This document shows positions 8,612-18,987 of a DNA stretch of 64,000 nt, piece by piece; positions within the stretch are counted from its first letter, which is position 1; every line of letters begins with the position of its first letter. The notes below the pieces were generated by a model that saw only the letters and a list, made by a program, of their open reading frames with translations, did no database searches and was not told the DNA's origin. Source of the stretch: Patescibacteria group bacterium (GTDB lineage: Bacteria > Patescibacteriota > JAQUNI01); contig JAQUNI010000002.1 in assembly GCA_028717685.1 (NCBI GenBank), forward strand, positions 7,903-71,902, read 5' to 3'. The position numbers and the translations under genes are program-made.

Positions 8612-11600
8612 ATGCTTTTTAAAAAGGCTCCTCCCAAGCCCAATTTTCCAGAGATGGAAAGAAAAATCTTGGAATATTGGGAGAAAAATAAAATTTTTGA
8701 AAAAAGTTTAAAGAAACCCTTATCCAAAGGTGATTTTGTGTTTTATGAAGGACCGCCAACAGCGAATGGTAAACCCGGCGTGCATCACGTTGAAGCGCGG
8801 GCGTTTAAAGATTTATTTCCTCGTTATAAGACTATGCAAGGTTACAGGGTGGAACGCAAAGCGGGCTGGGATACGCACGGCCTGCCTGTGGAATTGGAGG
8901 TGGAGAAGAGTTTAGGTTTTTCGGGAAAACGCGACATTGAAAAATATGGCATAGAAAAATTCAACAAAAAATGCGCGGCGTCAGTTTGGAAATATAAAGA
9001 AGAGTGGGAAAAATTAACCAAGCGAATGGGATATTGGGTTGATTTGGAACATCCTTATATTACTTGCTCTAATGAATACATTGAGTCGGTTTGGTTTATT
9101 TTGAAGAAGATTTGGGAGAAAGGGCTTTTGTATCAAGGTCACAAAGTCGTGCCTTATTGCCCAAGATGCGGAACAGCCTTGTCTTCGCACGAAGTAGCGC
9201 AGGGGTATAAAAAGGTAAAGGAGGCAAGTGTGTATGTTAAATTAAAAGTTAAAAGTCAAAAGTTAAAAGTCAAAAGTAAAAATCAAAATTCAGAAATAGG
9301 AGAAACCCCCCTAACCCCCCTTGTCAGGGGGGAAGGCAAGAATGTCTATTTTTTAGCGTGGACGACGACGCCGTGGACATTGCCGGGGAATGTGGCGCTG
9401 GCGCTGGGAGCGGAGATTGGTTATGTTTTAGTGAAGTCTGGAATTAAATTAAAAATTAAAAATGAAAAATTAAAAACCACAATCAAAAATGAAAAAATTA
9501 AAGTTGCTTCGCAACTTTTGAAGGAAAAAGAGGGATATTTAGTTTTAGCTAAAAAGAGGTTGGAAGTTTTGGATGGGGAATATGAGATTATTCAAGAATT
9601 CAAAGGCAAGGATTTAGCAGGGATTGAATATGAGCCCTTGTATCCGGTTTTTTCGGGAGTGGAAAATAGAAACGAAGAAACCCCCCCAACCCCCCTTGTC
9701 AGGGGGGCGAAGAAAGAAGAAAAAGAAAAAGCTTACCATACAGTTTTAGCCGATTTTGTGACTACGGAAGAGGGGACGGGGATTGTGCATACAGCGGTGA
9801 TGTATGGCGAGGATGATTACGCGTTAGGGGAAAAATTGGGTTTGCCGATGATGCATACGGTGGATTTGCAGGGGAGATTTAAACTCAAATCTCAAAACTC
9901 AAATCTCAAAACTACAACTCAAATTTCAAAATTTAAAGTTGCTTCGCAACTTTTAGATAAAATAGAAGGAAAATTTGTTAAGGACGCGGAGAAGGATATT
10001 GTTGAGGATTTGCGAAAAAGGGATTTGCTTTATAAATCTGAATTATACGAGCATGATTATCCCTTTTGCTGGCGGTGCAAAACACCTTTGCTTTACTACG
10101 CGAAAAAAAGCTGGTTTATCGCGATGAGTAAGCTGCGTGATAAATTAGTGGAAAATAATGAGAAGATAAACTGGATTCCGAAATATTTAAAAACTGGCCG
10201 TTTTGGCAAGTGGATTGCCGAGGCAAAGGAGTGGGCAGTATCGAGGGAGAGGTACTGGGGCACTCCGATGCCGATATGGATTTGCAAAAAATGCGGAGAG
10301 GTGAAGGTGATTGGGAGTAGGGAAGAATTTTATTCCGTCATTGCGAGCGGAGCGAAGCAATCGCCAGCAAGCAAAACCGAAGCTAGAAATGTCGGAACAT
10401 TGTCTTTACTAAATGGAGATTGCCGCGGTCGTCCCTCGACAGGCTCGGGATTCCCTCGCAATGACGACATTCTAATGGATTTACATCGTCCATATATTGA
10501 TGAGATTGTTCTTAAATGTAAGTGTGGTGGAGAAATGCGGCGGGTGCCGGAAGTTTTGGATTGCTGGTTTGATTCGGGGGCGATGCCATTCAGCCAAAAC
10601 CATTGGCCGTTTACTGACAGTTCCTCCCCTCTAAAGGGGAGGGCAGGAGAGGTTGTGAAGGGAGAGCCGAAACCCCCCCTAATCCCCCTTGTCAGGGGGG
10701 AGGGAAATCCTCCGAAATTATTTCCTGCCGATTTTATTTGTGAAGCCGTGGATCAAACAAGGGGCTGGTTTTACACGCTCCTCGCGATTTCCACACTTTT
10801 GGATTTTGGAGCGCCCTATAAAAATGTAATTTCCTTAGGCCACGTTTTGGATAAAAATGGCCAAAAAATGAGCAAATCTAGGGGAAATATTGTAGAGCCT
10901 TTCAAGGCTTTGGACGAATTTTCCGCTGATTCTATCCGCTGGTTTTTTTACACCGTAAATCGGCCGCAGGAATCTAAGAATTTTGACCCCGCGATCTTGC
11001 GCGACATTGTCTCGCGGTTTATTTTGACTTTATGGAATAGTTATTCTTTCTTTTTAACCTATGCGAGTATTGATCAACCCAAGCTTTCTAATGTCTTTGC
11101 GAGCGGAGCCCAAAAAGGCGGAGCGAAGCAATCTCTTCGCAATGACATTGCTGGAAACATTCTTGATCAATGGATTCTTTCTCGTTTAGCTGAATTGAAC
11201 AATAATATTGTTCAGTATCTCGATCGTTATGATGTCTTAAAAGCCGCGAAAGAAATTGAACAATTTGTTGATGATTTATCAAACTGGTATATCAGGCGGT
11301 CGCGCCGTAGATTTTGGAAAAGTGAAAATGATCAAGATAAAAACCAAGGATACAATACATTGCATTCTGTTTTAGTCTTACTATGCGAAATGTTGGCGCC
11401 TTTTATGCCTTTCCTAACGGAAAATATTTATCGTAATTTAACGGGCAAGGAGTCGGTCCATTTAGCCAAATTTCCCAAGATTTCATCCGAAGGAACTGAC
11501 CAAGGTATTTTGGAGCAGATGGATATTACGCGTAAGATTGTAACTTTAGGGCTGAATTTACGGGCGCAAGCAAAGATAAAGGTTCGGCAGCCGTTAGATA

Positions 11601-12064
11601 AGTTAAAAGTTAAAAGTGAAAAGTTAAAAGTTATAACTCAAAACTCAAAACTTTTAAATTTAATGAGAGAAGAATTGAATATTAAAGAGATAAAGGTTGT
11701 ATCGGAAATCAAGGAAGCGGGTGATTTGCTCGTGGCTGAAGATGGGGATTTGAAAGTGGCTTTGAATATAAAGATTACCCCAGAATTGAAGCGGGAAGGT
11801 ATTGTCCGCGATTTAGTGCGGGTGGTTCAAGAAATGAGAAAGAAAGCGGGTTTAGAGGTTTCGGATCGGATTGAGCTTTCCTTATACAGTGAAGATGGAG
11901 AGATTCAAAAAGCAATTCAAGAATGGCAGGATTATATTCAAAAAGAAACTTTGGCAGAAAGGTTAGGAGAGATTTGGGGTGGGATAGATGAGGTAGAGAA
12001 AGTGAAAATAGAAGGCAAAGAGGTGCAGATTAGTATAAGAAATTGTTCTAATTGTTCTAATTAA
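8612..12064 (+). CDS. ileS: Isoleucine--tRNA ligase (type 2 IleRS) carrying several in-frame repeat insertions
   Basis: Class I aaRS signatures PPTANGKPGVHHV (HIGH-like), WTTTPWTLPGNVALA, KMSKSRGN. N-terminus NFPEMERKILEYWEKNKIFEKS. Low-complexity and palindromic insertions are described under findings. Confidence 0.92.
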   Translation: MLFKKAPPKPNFPEMERKILEYWEKNKIFEKSLKKPLSKGDFVFYEGPPTANGKPGVHHVEARAFKDLFPRYKTMQGYRVERKAGWDTHGLPVELEVEKSLGFSGKRDIEKYGIEKFNKKCAASVWKYKEEWEKLTKRMGYWVDLEHPYITCSNEYIESVWFILKKIWEKGLLYQGHKVVPYCPRCGTALSSHEVAQGYKKVKEASVYVKLKVKSQKLKVKSKNQNSEIGETPLTPLVRGEGKNVYFLAWTTTPWTLPGNVALALGAEIGYVLVKSGIKLKIKNEKLKTTIKNEKIKVASQLLKEKEGYLVLAKKRLEVLDGEYEIIQEFKGKDLAGIEYEPLYPVFSGVENRNEETPPTPLVRGAKKEEKEKAYHTVLADFVTTEEGTGIVHTAVMYGEDDYALGEKLGLPMMHTVDLQGRFKLKSQNSNLKTTTQISKFKVASQLLDKIEGKFVKDAEKDIVEDLRKRDLLYKSELYEHDYPFCWRCKTPLLYYAKKSWFIAMSKLRDKLVENNEKINWIPKYLKTGRFGKWIAEAKEWAVSRERYWGTPMPIWICKKCGEVKVIGSREEFYSVIASGAKQSPASKTEARNVGTLSLLNGDCRGRPSTGSGFPRNDDILMDLHRPYIDEIVLKCKCGGEMRRVPEVLDCWFDSGAMPFSQNHWPFTDSSSPLKGRAGEVVKGEPKPPLIPLVRGEGNPPKLFPADFICEAVDQTRGWFYTLLAISTLLDFGAPYKNVISLGHVLDKNGQKMSKSRGNIVEPFKALDEFSADSIRWFFYTVNRPQESKNFDPAILRDIVSRFILTLWNSYSFFLTYASIDQPKLSNVFASGAQKGGAKQSLRNDIAGNILDQWILSRLAELNNNIVQYLDRYDVLKAAKEIEQFVDDLSNWYIRRSRRRFWKSENDQDKNQGYNTLHSVLVLLCEMLAPFMPFLTENIYRNLTGKESVHLAKFPKISSEGTDQGILEQMDITRKIVTLGLNLRAQAKIKVRQPLDKLKVKSEKLKVITQNSKLLNLMREELNIKEIKVVSEIKEAGDLLVAEDGDLKVALNIKITPELKREGIVRDLVRVVQEMRKKAGLEVSDRIELSLYSEDGEIQKAIQEWQDYIQKETLAERLGEIWGGIDEVEKVKIEGKEVQISIRNCSNCSN
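10337..10465. repeat. 129-bp (43-codon) palindromic-ended element inserted in frame in ileS (gtcattgcgag ... ctcgcaatgac termini)
   Basis: 11-bp terminal inverted repeats. The length is divisible by 3 and it starts on a codon boundary. A shorter relative occurs at 11097-11146 in ileS and a related sequence at 23040-23150 in the tatD-leuS spacer. Confidence 0.55.
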
Positions 12065-12217
12065 GCTAATTGATCTAAATAAATCCCAATGCCTAAATCC
12101 CAATAAACAAAATCAATCATTAAATTTGATCATTGGGTAGTTCAAGATTTGGTCATTATTTAGAATAACCTGCCTACCGGCAGGCGGGTTAGAGTAATTA
12201 GAATAATTAGAACAATT
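12040..12217. repeat. MITE-like inverted-repeat element (aattgttctaattgttctaatt family) in the ileS-recO spacer
   Basis: Left arm 12040-12068 (supplies the ileS C-terminus ...RNCSNCSN*). Right arm 12196-12217 is its reverse complement. Internal hairpin cctgcctaccggcagg. A sibling element lies at 17566-17716. Confidence 0.5.
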
Positions 12218-12222
12218 CTCTA

Positions 12223-13020
12223 ATGTTTTATTCTTCCAAAACCAGAGGTATCATTATTAAACGCATAAAATATGGTGAAGCAGACCGTGTTTTGACGGTT
12301 TTTACTGAAGATTTAGGCAAAATTCAGGTGTTGGCGCGGGGAATTCGCCGCGGAAAAAGCAAGTTGGCAGGGATTTTAGAGCTTTTTAACTTGGTGCAGT
12401 TAGAGCTCGTCCGCGGCAGAAATTTAGATGTGGTGATTGGAGCGCATGCTTTAAATAATTTTTTAGGTTTAAAAACTGACTTCAAGAAAGTATCCTTTGC
12501 CCATTTTTCAGCCGAATTTATTGATAAGTTTACGGAAGAAAGAGGGACGGATAGGAGGCTTTACGCTCTTTTTCGTGATTTATTTTTAAATCTGGATAAA
12601 TTCGCGGGTAAAAAGGATTATTTATGGGCTTTGATTTTAGATGAATGGCGGATGTTGGAATATTTGGGGGTAATGCCGCGGCTTTATCATTGCGCGGGGT
12701 GCGGCTTATCTCTTTCGGATGCGAAAATTTTGTCTTTAGGCGAGGGGGGATTGTATTGCGCAAATTGCGCGTCGCGAGCAGGGCTTTCCGATCCTGTTCG
12801 CGAGGAAGTCGTGGAGATTTTATTGTCTTGCGGGGGGCGATATGTGCGCCAACCCGCAGGAATCGGGCGGACACGCTGGTCCGCTCCTACGGGAGATTTG
12901 GAGCAAGCAGGTTTAGTGTTGGCGTATTTTTTAAGCGCGAGTTTAGCCCCGCGAATAAAATCATGGCATTTTTTGAAAAAATATCAAGATTATGGGAAGA
13001 CCCGAACGCCGGTCCATTAG
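12223..13020 (+). CDS. recO: DNA repair protein RecO
   Basis: N-terminal OB-fold-like region (GIIIKRIKYGEADRVLTVFTEDLGKI). Zinc-finger-like CAGCG...CANC. Confidence 0.8.
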   Translation: MFYSSKTRGIIIKRIKYGEADRVLTVFTEDLGKIQVLARGIRRGKSKLAGILELFNLVQLELVRGRNLDVVIGAHALNNFLGLKTDFKKVSFAHFSAEFIDKFTEERGTDRRLYALFRDLFLNLDKFAGKKDYLWALILDEWRMLEYLGVMPRLYHCAGCGLSLSDAKILSLGEGGLYCANCASRAGLSDPVREEVVEILLSCGGRYVRQPAGIGRTRWSAPTGDLEQAGLVLAYFLSASLAPRIKSWHFLKKYQDYGKTRTPVH

Positions 13021-13095
13021 ATTGCCGGGGTATGATTATTCTGAAAGAACGGGGTCTAATCCATGGTATAATTGTGATTTTTATAATGCAGGGGT

Positions 13096-14994
13096 TTGAT
13101 TTATCAAACCCGAGAGCGCGATAAATCGCGCTCCTTTACTGGCACAATTTTAATGATTAATCTTGCTTACGTCTCCCAATTGAAAATGCCGAAGCAAAAG
13201 ATTTCCAAAAAAAGATTTTGGTTATTTTTGACTGCTTTTATTCTTGTTTTAGGGGCGGGTTGCGTGGCAGGTTATTTTCTGCTTTTGAAGCATAAAGCTA
13301 GTTTCACGGGTCAAGCCGTAAAGCTTGATATTATTGCTCCTCGCGAAGTGATTTCGGGGTCTACCTATGATTATTTGGTAGAATATGCCAATGAAGAGGG
13401 GGAGAACCTAGAAAACGCAAAGCTTACGATATATTTTCCTGCAGGTTTTAATTTTGTGGATGCTCTTCCCTCACCCGAGGAGCGGGAAGAATTGCAGGAG
13501 GCAAATGTGGTTAAAAAGGTTCAAGGCGAATCACGAGCGTTGACTTGGAATTTAGGCTCAATCGCGAAAGGAAACAAGGCCGCGGTGAAACTCAAAGGGG
13601 CGATTTTGGGCGAAGTAGGGGCAAAACGGGCATTGAAGGCGATTATTTCTTACCAACCCGAGAATTTTAACTCCCGTTTTTCCAAGGAGAAGGAGATAGA
13701 AGTTGAAATTAAGCAATCTTTAGTGGATTTTTCTATGGAAGTGCCCTCTCGCGTGGGGAAGGGCAAAGAGTTTAATATATCGGTGAAATACCGGAATGCG
13801 ACGGCTGAAAATTTGGAAAATTTAAGGATTATTGTGAATTATCCTATTGGTTTTAATTTTACTGCCAGTCAGCCACGGTCTGATCACGAGAATAATATTT
13901 GGGATTTGCGCGTTCTGGAGCCTGGAGAACGCGGTCGGATTGACATTCAGGGCAAGATTCCCGAGGTTTCCCCTCAAGGCTTGGTTTTTCGCGCGAATTT
14001 GGGAATTTTAGACCAATATCAACAGTTTTTCAGCCAAACTTCAGAAGAGCGTCCGGTCATAGTTTTAGACCCTCGCTTAGAGATTACTGCCACCGTGAAT
14101 AAAGAGGAAAAAGCTACTTTGCGTCCGGGTGAAGAGCTGGAATTCATCGTTACTTATTATAATGTTGGCGAAGTTAGCCTAGAGGGGACGAGCATTACTT
14201 ACAAAATGAATACGGATTTACTGGATCCAGACTCCATTGCCGTAGAAAATGGCCGCAGGGACGCGGGAGGGAATTTTGTCTGGGACGACCAGACTGAATC
14301 CACCTTAAAGAGGATAGCCCCTGGTGGGAAGGGTAAAGTGAAATTCACGGCGCGCCTTTTGCAAGTTTTCCCTTACAGTAGTTTAGATAAACGCAATTTG
14401 AAGCTTACAGGCAAAGCGTCCTTCGTAAGTAATAAGGTAGGCGATTTGGAAGGTTTTAATTTTAATGTTGAGAGCAATGATCTGGAGGCGAAAATCAATA
14501 CGGAATTTTCTTTAGCGGAAGAAGCGCGTTATTATACTTTGGAATATGAGAAAGCGGGATCCGGACCCCTGCCGCCTAAAGTCGGCGAATCCACTACTTA
14601 TCGTGTTTATTGGACAGTTTCCAATACCACTAATGACGCGGAGAATATCCGTTTGCAAACCACTCTGCCTGAAGGCGTGGGTTTTGGCGAAGACTCTTTT
14701 ACTTCTTTGGGCAATAATATTAAATATAATTCCGAAACCCGTGAGGTCTTGTGGGACTTGGGGAGACTTCAAGCCTATGCGGGCAGCGTTTTATCGGGAG
14801 CGCAAGCTTGGTTTGAAGTCGTTATAACCCCTAATGCTGCTCAAGTAGGGCAAATTTTACCTTTAACAGGGGAAACAAATATTTCAGGCAGGGATTTATT
14901 TACGGAGGAAGAAATCTACGGCTCCTATCCGGCTTTGGACACGGATTTAAAAAATGACCTGGGAGCGATAGGCAAGGGGAAGGTGGAAAAGTAA
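13096..14994 (+). CDS. Membrane-anchored repeat-domain surface protein (DUF11/CARDB-like repeats); start uncertain (13096/13153/13186)
   Basis: TM segment FWLFLTAFILVLGAGCVAGYFLLL. Repeated units containing (A/N)ENLEN..L.I.YP.GFNF and a later variant AENIRLQTTLPEGVGF. Confidence 0.7.
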   Translation: MIYQTRERDKSRSFTGTILMINLAYVSQLKMPKQKISKKRFWLFLTAFILVLGAGCVAGYFLLLKHKASFTGQAVKLDIIAPREVISGSTYDYLVEYANEEGENLENAKLTIYFPAGFNFVDALPSPEEREELQEANVVKKVQGESRALTWNLGSIAKGNKAAVKLKGAILGEVGAKRALKAIISYQPENFNSRFSKEKEIEVEIKQSLVDFSMEVPSRVGKGKEFNISVKYRNATAENLENLRIIVNYPIGFNFTASQPRSDHENNIWDLRVLEPGERGRIDIQGKIPEVSPQGLVFRANLGILDQYQQFFSQTSEERPVIVLDPRLEITATVNKEEKATLRPGEELEFIVTYYNVGEVSLEGTSITYKMNTDLLDPDSIAVENGRRDAGGNFVWDDQTESTLKRIAPGGKGKVKFTARLLQVFPYSSLDKRNLKLTGKASFVSNKVGDLEGFNFNVESNDLEAKINTEFSLAEEARYYTLEYEKAGSGPLPPKVGESTTYRVYWTVSNTTNDAENIRLQTTLPEGVGFGEDSFTSLGNNIKYNSETREVLWDLGRLQAYAGSVLSGAQAWFEVVITPNAAQVGQILPLTGETNISGRDLFTEEEIYGSYPALDTDLKNDLGAIGKGKVEK

Positions 14995-15093
14995 ATAAAA
15001 ATGAAAAATGAAAAACTAAAAATGAATAAGAGACAAGAAATACAAAATAAAAAATTTACTTTCTAAGTTTTTTGTGTTACGATAATAAAAAAT

Positions 15094-16365
15094 ATGGATA
15101 AAATAGATAAAATTGTCTCGTTAGCTAAGAGAAGGGGATTTATTTTTCAGTCTTCAGAAATTTATGGCGGCTTGGCAAATACTTGGGACTATGGTCCCTT
15201 AGGCGTTGAATTAGCCAATAATATCAAGCGGTTTTGGTGGAAACGGTTTGTTCAGGACCGAGAGGATGTTGTCGGCATTAGTTCGGCGATTTTAATGAAC
15301 CCGAAGGTTTGGCAGGTATCAGGCCATTTGAAAAATTTTACCGACCCATTGGTTGAGTGCAAGAAATGCCATCAGAGGTTTAGGGAAGACCAGATACCAT
15401 CAGATTCTCAAGCTGATAAATTTTGGGAATGTTCCAAGGGGGGAAAACATGAATTTGCCGAGGCGAGAAAGTTTAATTTAATGTTTAAAACCTTCGTGGG
15501 TCCGGTGGAGGACGCTAATTCCACGGTTTATCTTCGGCCTGAAACCGCCCAGGGAACGTTTGTTAATTTTGAGAATGTGCAAATAACGACGCGATTAAAA
15601 CTGCCTTTTGGCATTGCCCAGATAGGCAAAGCCTTCAGAAACGAGATAACTCCGGGCAATTTTATTTTTAGGGTTTTGGAATTTGAACAGATGGAAATAG
15701 AATATTTTATCAGGGAAGAGGACTGGCGAAAATATTTTGATTATTGGCAAGAGCAGATGCAACATTGGGTTTTGGACATCGGCATTAAAAAAGAAAATTT
15801 CGCGGTCCGAGAGCATGAAAAAAGCGAGTTGTCGCACTATTCCAAAAAAACCATTGATTTTGAATACAAATATCCTTTTGGCCAAAAAGAGCTTTATGGC
15901 TTGGCTTACCGCACCGATTTTGACTTGAGGGCACATAAATTATCTTACGAAGATATGATACCGCATGTTATTGAACCGAGTTTCGGTCTTGAAAGGACGA
16001 TTTTGGCTATTTTGTGCGACGGTTATCATGAAGATGAAGGCCGTATCGTTTTGCGATTAACCCCGGCGCTTGCGCCCTATAAAGCCGCGGTTTTCCCGCT
16101 TCTAGCAAACAAACCTGAGTTAGTTCAAAAGGCGAGAGAGATTTTCACGTTGCTTCAAGAGGAGTTTTCGACCGCTTGGGATTCGCGAGGCAACATTGGC
16201 AAGCGTTATTATTCGCAGGATGAAATTGGCACGCCTTTTTGCGTAACCATTGATTTTGAGACTTTGAAGGACAAAGCGATTACTGTGCGGGAGAGAGATA
16301 GTATGAAACAGGAGAGAGTGAAGATTAAAGAGTTAGAGGATTATATTCAAGATAAGATTAAGTGA
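15094..16365 (+). CDS. glyQS: Glycine--tRNA ligase (single-chain alpha2 type)
   Basis: N-terminus MDKIDKIVSLAKRRGFIFQSSEIYGGLANTWDYGPLGVELANNIKRFWW. Class II aaRS core. Confidence 0.9.
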   Translation: MDKIDKIVSLAKRRGFIFQSSEIYGGLANTWDYGPLGVELANNIKRFWWKRFVQDREDVVGISSAILMNPKVWQVSGHLKNFTDPLVECKKCHQRFREDQIPSDSQADKFWECSKGGKHEFAEARKFNLMFKTFVGPVEDANSTVYLRPETAQGTFVNFENVQITTRLKLPFGIAQIGKAFRNEITPGNFIFRVLEFEQMEIEYFIREEDWRKYFDYWQEQMQHWVLDIGIKKENFAVREHEKSELSHYSKKTIDFEYKYPFGQKELYGLAYRTDFDLRAHKLSYEDMIPHVIEPSFGLERTILAILCDGYHEDEGRIVLRLTPALAPYKAAVFPLLANKPELVQKAREIFTLLQEEFSTAWDSRGNIGKRYYSQDEIGTPFCVTIDFETLKDKAITVRERDSMKQERVKIKELEDYIQDKIK

Positions 16366-16394
16366 TAAAATTATTTTTCAGAATGGTAAAGATT

Positions 16395-16559
16395 AAAAAT
16401 GAAAAGTGAAAAATGAAAAACCATAATCTAAAATTAAAAAATTTTAAAGAATACTTTTTTTATCAATTTTTACTGCTTTTAGATGGTAAGAACCTGGGGT
16501 TTAAATTCTTTTTAGATTTTTCATTGTGATTTTTCATTTTTCACTTTCAGTTTTTCATT
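16395..16559. repeat. Cargo-less copy of the four-helix-bundle cassette inverted repeats (MITE-like, 165 bp)
   Basis: Left arm aaaaatgaaaagtgaaaaatgaaaaacc, right arm gatttttcattgtgatttttcatttttcactttcagtttttcatt. No ORF between them. Confidence 0.55.
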
Positions 16560-16625
16560 AAATTTTTTTAAATCTTCAACCATTAATCATAAATCATTTA
16601 TTCTCTAGAATAATAAGTTTAATTT

Positions 16626-17564
16626 ATGACTATTAATCAAATTTACGCTCTTGCCCTAAAAATGGGCATAGAAGCGGACCCGAGACCCGCGACAAGAATT
16701 AGTAAGATTTTAGGGAGGGAGAAGGAAAAATATCAAAGTTTAAAAGGAGTAAAGCGTGAAGTTTTTGATCGGGAGAGAATTAAAAATCCTTACGCGGACA
16801 CGCGAATCCTTTTCGGTAATGGCGATAAAGTAGTTCGCAAAGTAATGACTGGTGTTGATATCGGTTCGGGAGAAGTGTTGCTCGCGCAGAAAATGGGGGT
16901 AGATTTAATGATTGCCCATCATCCTTTGGGAATCGCTTTGGCTGGCTTGGATAATGTAATGGAATTACAAGCGGATTTGTTAGCCTCCTATGGGATTCCA
17001 ATTAATATTGCGGAAAGCCTTTTGGAAGTTAGAATGAGCGAAGTAGCGCGCGGAATAGCGGCTGTAAATCATCAGAGAATTGTTGATTTAGCAAGACTGG
17101 CGAAATTACCTTTGATGTGCGTGCATACTCCTTGTGATAATATGGTTTATCAGCAGGTGAATAAGAAAATTGTTCAGAAGGGAAAAACTTTGGATGTGGT
17201 GGGAGATATTATGGATCTCCTATACACCTTTCCTGAATATAAGGAAGCAGCTAAATTGGGAGCGGGACCAGTGCTTTTTGCAGGTAAAAGAGCAAGGAGG
17301 GCGGGTAAGATTGCCTTAACTGAACTCACAGGCGGCACGGAAGGGAATAAAGAGATGTATAAATTTATGGCAAATGCCGGCATTGGCACGATTATTGGGA
17401 TGCATATGTCCGAACCTCACCGCAAAGAAGCTGAAAAATATCATATCAATGTGATTATCGCCGGCCACATTGCCTCGGATTCCATTGGGATGAATGTGTT
17501 TTTGGATGAGCTGGAAAAGAAAGGGATTAAAATCATTCCTTGTTCAGGGTTGATTAGGAAATGA
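16626..17564 (+). CDS. Nif3-family dinuclear metal centre protein (YqfO/YbgI-like)
   Basis: Motifs MIAHHPL and AGHIASDSIGMNVFLDEL, arranged as in Nif3/GTP cyclohydrolase 1 type 2 homologs. Confidence 0.55.
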   Translation: MTINQIYALALKMGIEADPRPATRISKILGREKEKYQSLKGVKREVFDRERIKNPYADTRILFGNGDKVVRKVMTGVDIGSGEVLLAQKMGVDLMIAHHPLGIALAGLDNVMELQADLLASYGIPINIAESLLEVRMSEVARGIAAVNHQRIVDLARLAKLPLMCVHTPCDNMVYQQVNKKIVQKGKTLDVVGDIMDLLYTFPEYKEAAKLGAGPVLFAGKRARRAGKIALTELTGGTEGNKEMYKFMANAGIGTIIGMHMSEPHRKEAEKYHINVIIAGHIASDSIGMNVFLDELEKKGIKIIPCSGLIRK

Positions 17565-17565
17565 A

Positions 17566-17716
17566 ATTAAAATTATTCTAATTAACCTAATTATTCTAAG
17601 AAATGACCAATGTCTAAGTACCAATGAATAAATGAATAACAGAATTGGCTAATTAGGATTTGTTTATTCCTGATTTATTTAGGTCAATTAGAATAATTAG
17701 AGCAATTAGAAATTTA
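17566..17716. repeat. MITE-like inverted-repeat element (aattattctaatt family), sibling of 12040-12217
   Basis: Arms 17566-17601 and 17683-17716 are reverse complements. Confidence 0.5.
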
Positions 17717-17718
17717 AA

Positions 17719-18987
17719 ATGATGTTCTCAAAAAATATTTTAAAAAATGGCTTGCGCGTTGTGACTGTTCCAATGCAAAACACAAAGACAGTGACGGTTT
17801 TGGTGGTCGTGGAAACTGGTTCCAAATATGAGACGAAAAAAAACAATGGAATTTCCCATGTTTTAGAGCATATGTTTTTTAAGGGCACGCAGAGGCGGCC
17901 TAATACACAGATACTCGCTTCGGAAATTGACAAGATTGGCGGGGAACACAATGCTTTTACTTCTGAAGAGTTTACCGGTTACTATGCCAAAGCGGCTTCG
18001 CGCCACGCGCGTTTGCTCTTTGATTTGATCTCTGATATGTTTTTGAATTCTAAACTGGCAGAACAGGAGTTATCTCTGGAAAAGAACGTGATTTGCGAAG
18101 AGATTAATATGTATCAAGACATACCGATGCATTATGTGGGTTATTTGTGGGAGCAGTTGCTTTATGGCGATCAACCCGCGGGCTGGCTCACTATCGGCAC
18201 CAAGGAGAATGTTCAAGGTTTTTCCAGGGAGGATTTGGTGAATTATTTGAAGAAAAGTTATGTCGCGGCTAACACCATTATTATCGTTGCTGGCGATATT
18301 GATTCACAAAAAGCTTTAACAGAGGCAAATAATTTTTTTGGTTCTACGCGCGTTGCTCCCAAACCGCGGAAAGTAAAAGTTCTGGAAAAACAGAACGAGC
18401 CCCGAATTTTGCTCCAAACCAAAAAAACCGACCAGAGTCATTTTTGCCTTGGCGTGCGGGGTTATTCTGTCCATCATCCCGATTATTATCCTCTGGAAGT
18501 TTTAACCGCGGTTTTGGGGGGAGGAATGAGTTCTCGTTTATTTATCGCAGTTCGGGAAAGAAGAGGTCTTGCTTATTATGTCCATACCAACTTTGAAAGC
18601 TATACCGATCACGGTTATCTTGTTACGCAGGCAGGCGTGGATAATAATAACACAGAGGAGGCAGTAAAAGTGGTTTTGAGTGAACTTAGGAAGGCAAGAG
18701 AACAGAAGGTTCAAGAGAAAGAGCTGAATAAGGCGAAAGAATACCTGAAGGGCAAATTGACCTTGGATTTAGAAACTTCTGATGAATACGCCTTCTGGCT
18801 GGCAGGGCAAGAGGTGGTCCGAGGAGAAATGTTGACCGAAGAGCAAATTTTTCAGAAAATTGATGCCGTGAGCAGCGTAGACGCGCAAAGGGTGGCGAAT
18901 GATATCTTTAGAAATAATAAACTGAATCTGGCAGTAATTGGACCGCAGAAGGAAAAGGAGGGATTAAAGCAGGTTCTGAATTTATGA
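17719..18987 (+). CDS. M16-family zinc metallopeptidase (insulinase/pitrilysin-like)
   Basis: Inverted zinc-binding motif HVLEHMFFKGT (HxxEH). ~420 aa. Confidence 0.8.
   Translation: MMFSKNILKNGLRVVTVPMQNTKTVTVLVVVETGSKYETKKNNGISHVLEHMFFKGTQRRPNTQILASEIDKIGGEHNAFTSEEFTGYYAKAASRHARLLFDLISDMFLNSKLAEQELSLEKNVICEEINMYQDIPMHYVGYLWEQLLYGDQPAGWLTIGTKENVQGFSREDLVNYLKKSYVAANTIIIVAGDIDSQKALTEANNFFGSTRVAPKPRKVKVLEKQNEPRILLQTKKTDQSHFCLGVRGYSVHHPDYYPLEVLTAVLGGGMSSRLFIAVRERRGLAYYVHTNFESYTDHGYLVTQAGVDNNNTEEAVKVVLSELRKAREQKVQEKELNKAKEYLKGKLTLDLETSDEYAFWLAGQEVVRGEMLTEEQIFQKIDAVSSVDAQRVANDIFRNNKLNLAVIGPQKEKEGLKQVLNL

Noticed and set aside
9235-9300. Tandem aaaagt(c/t) repeats that look array-like
   Set aside because: They are short (6-7 bp) simple repeats lying in frame inside ileS, not 25-40-bp repeats with unique spacers. 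This is not a CRISPR array. No cas genes are in the window.
12645-13124. 159-aa + strand ORF
   Set aside because: It is an alternative frame inside recO and the recO/surface-protein junction. The recO frame carries the recognisable motifs.
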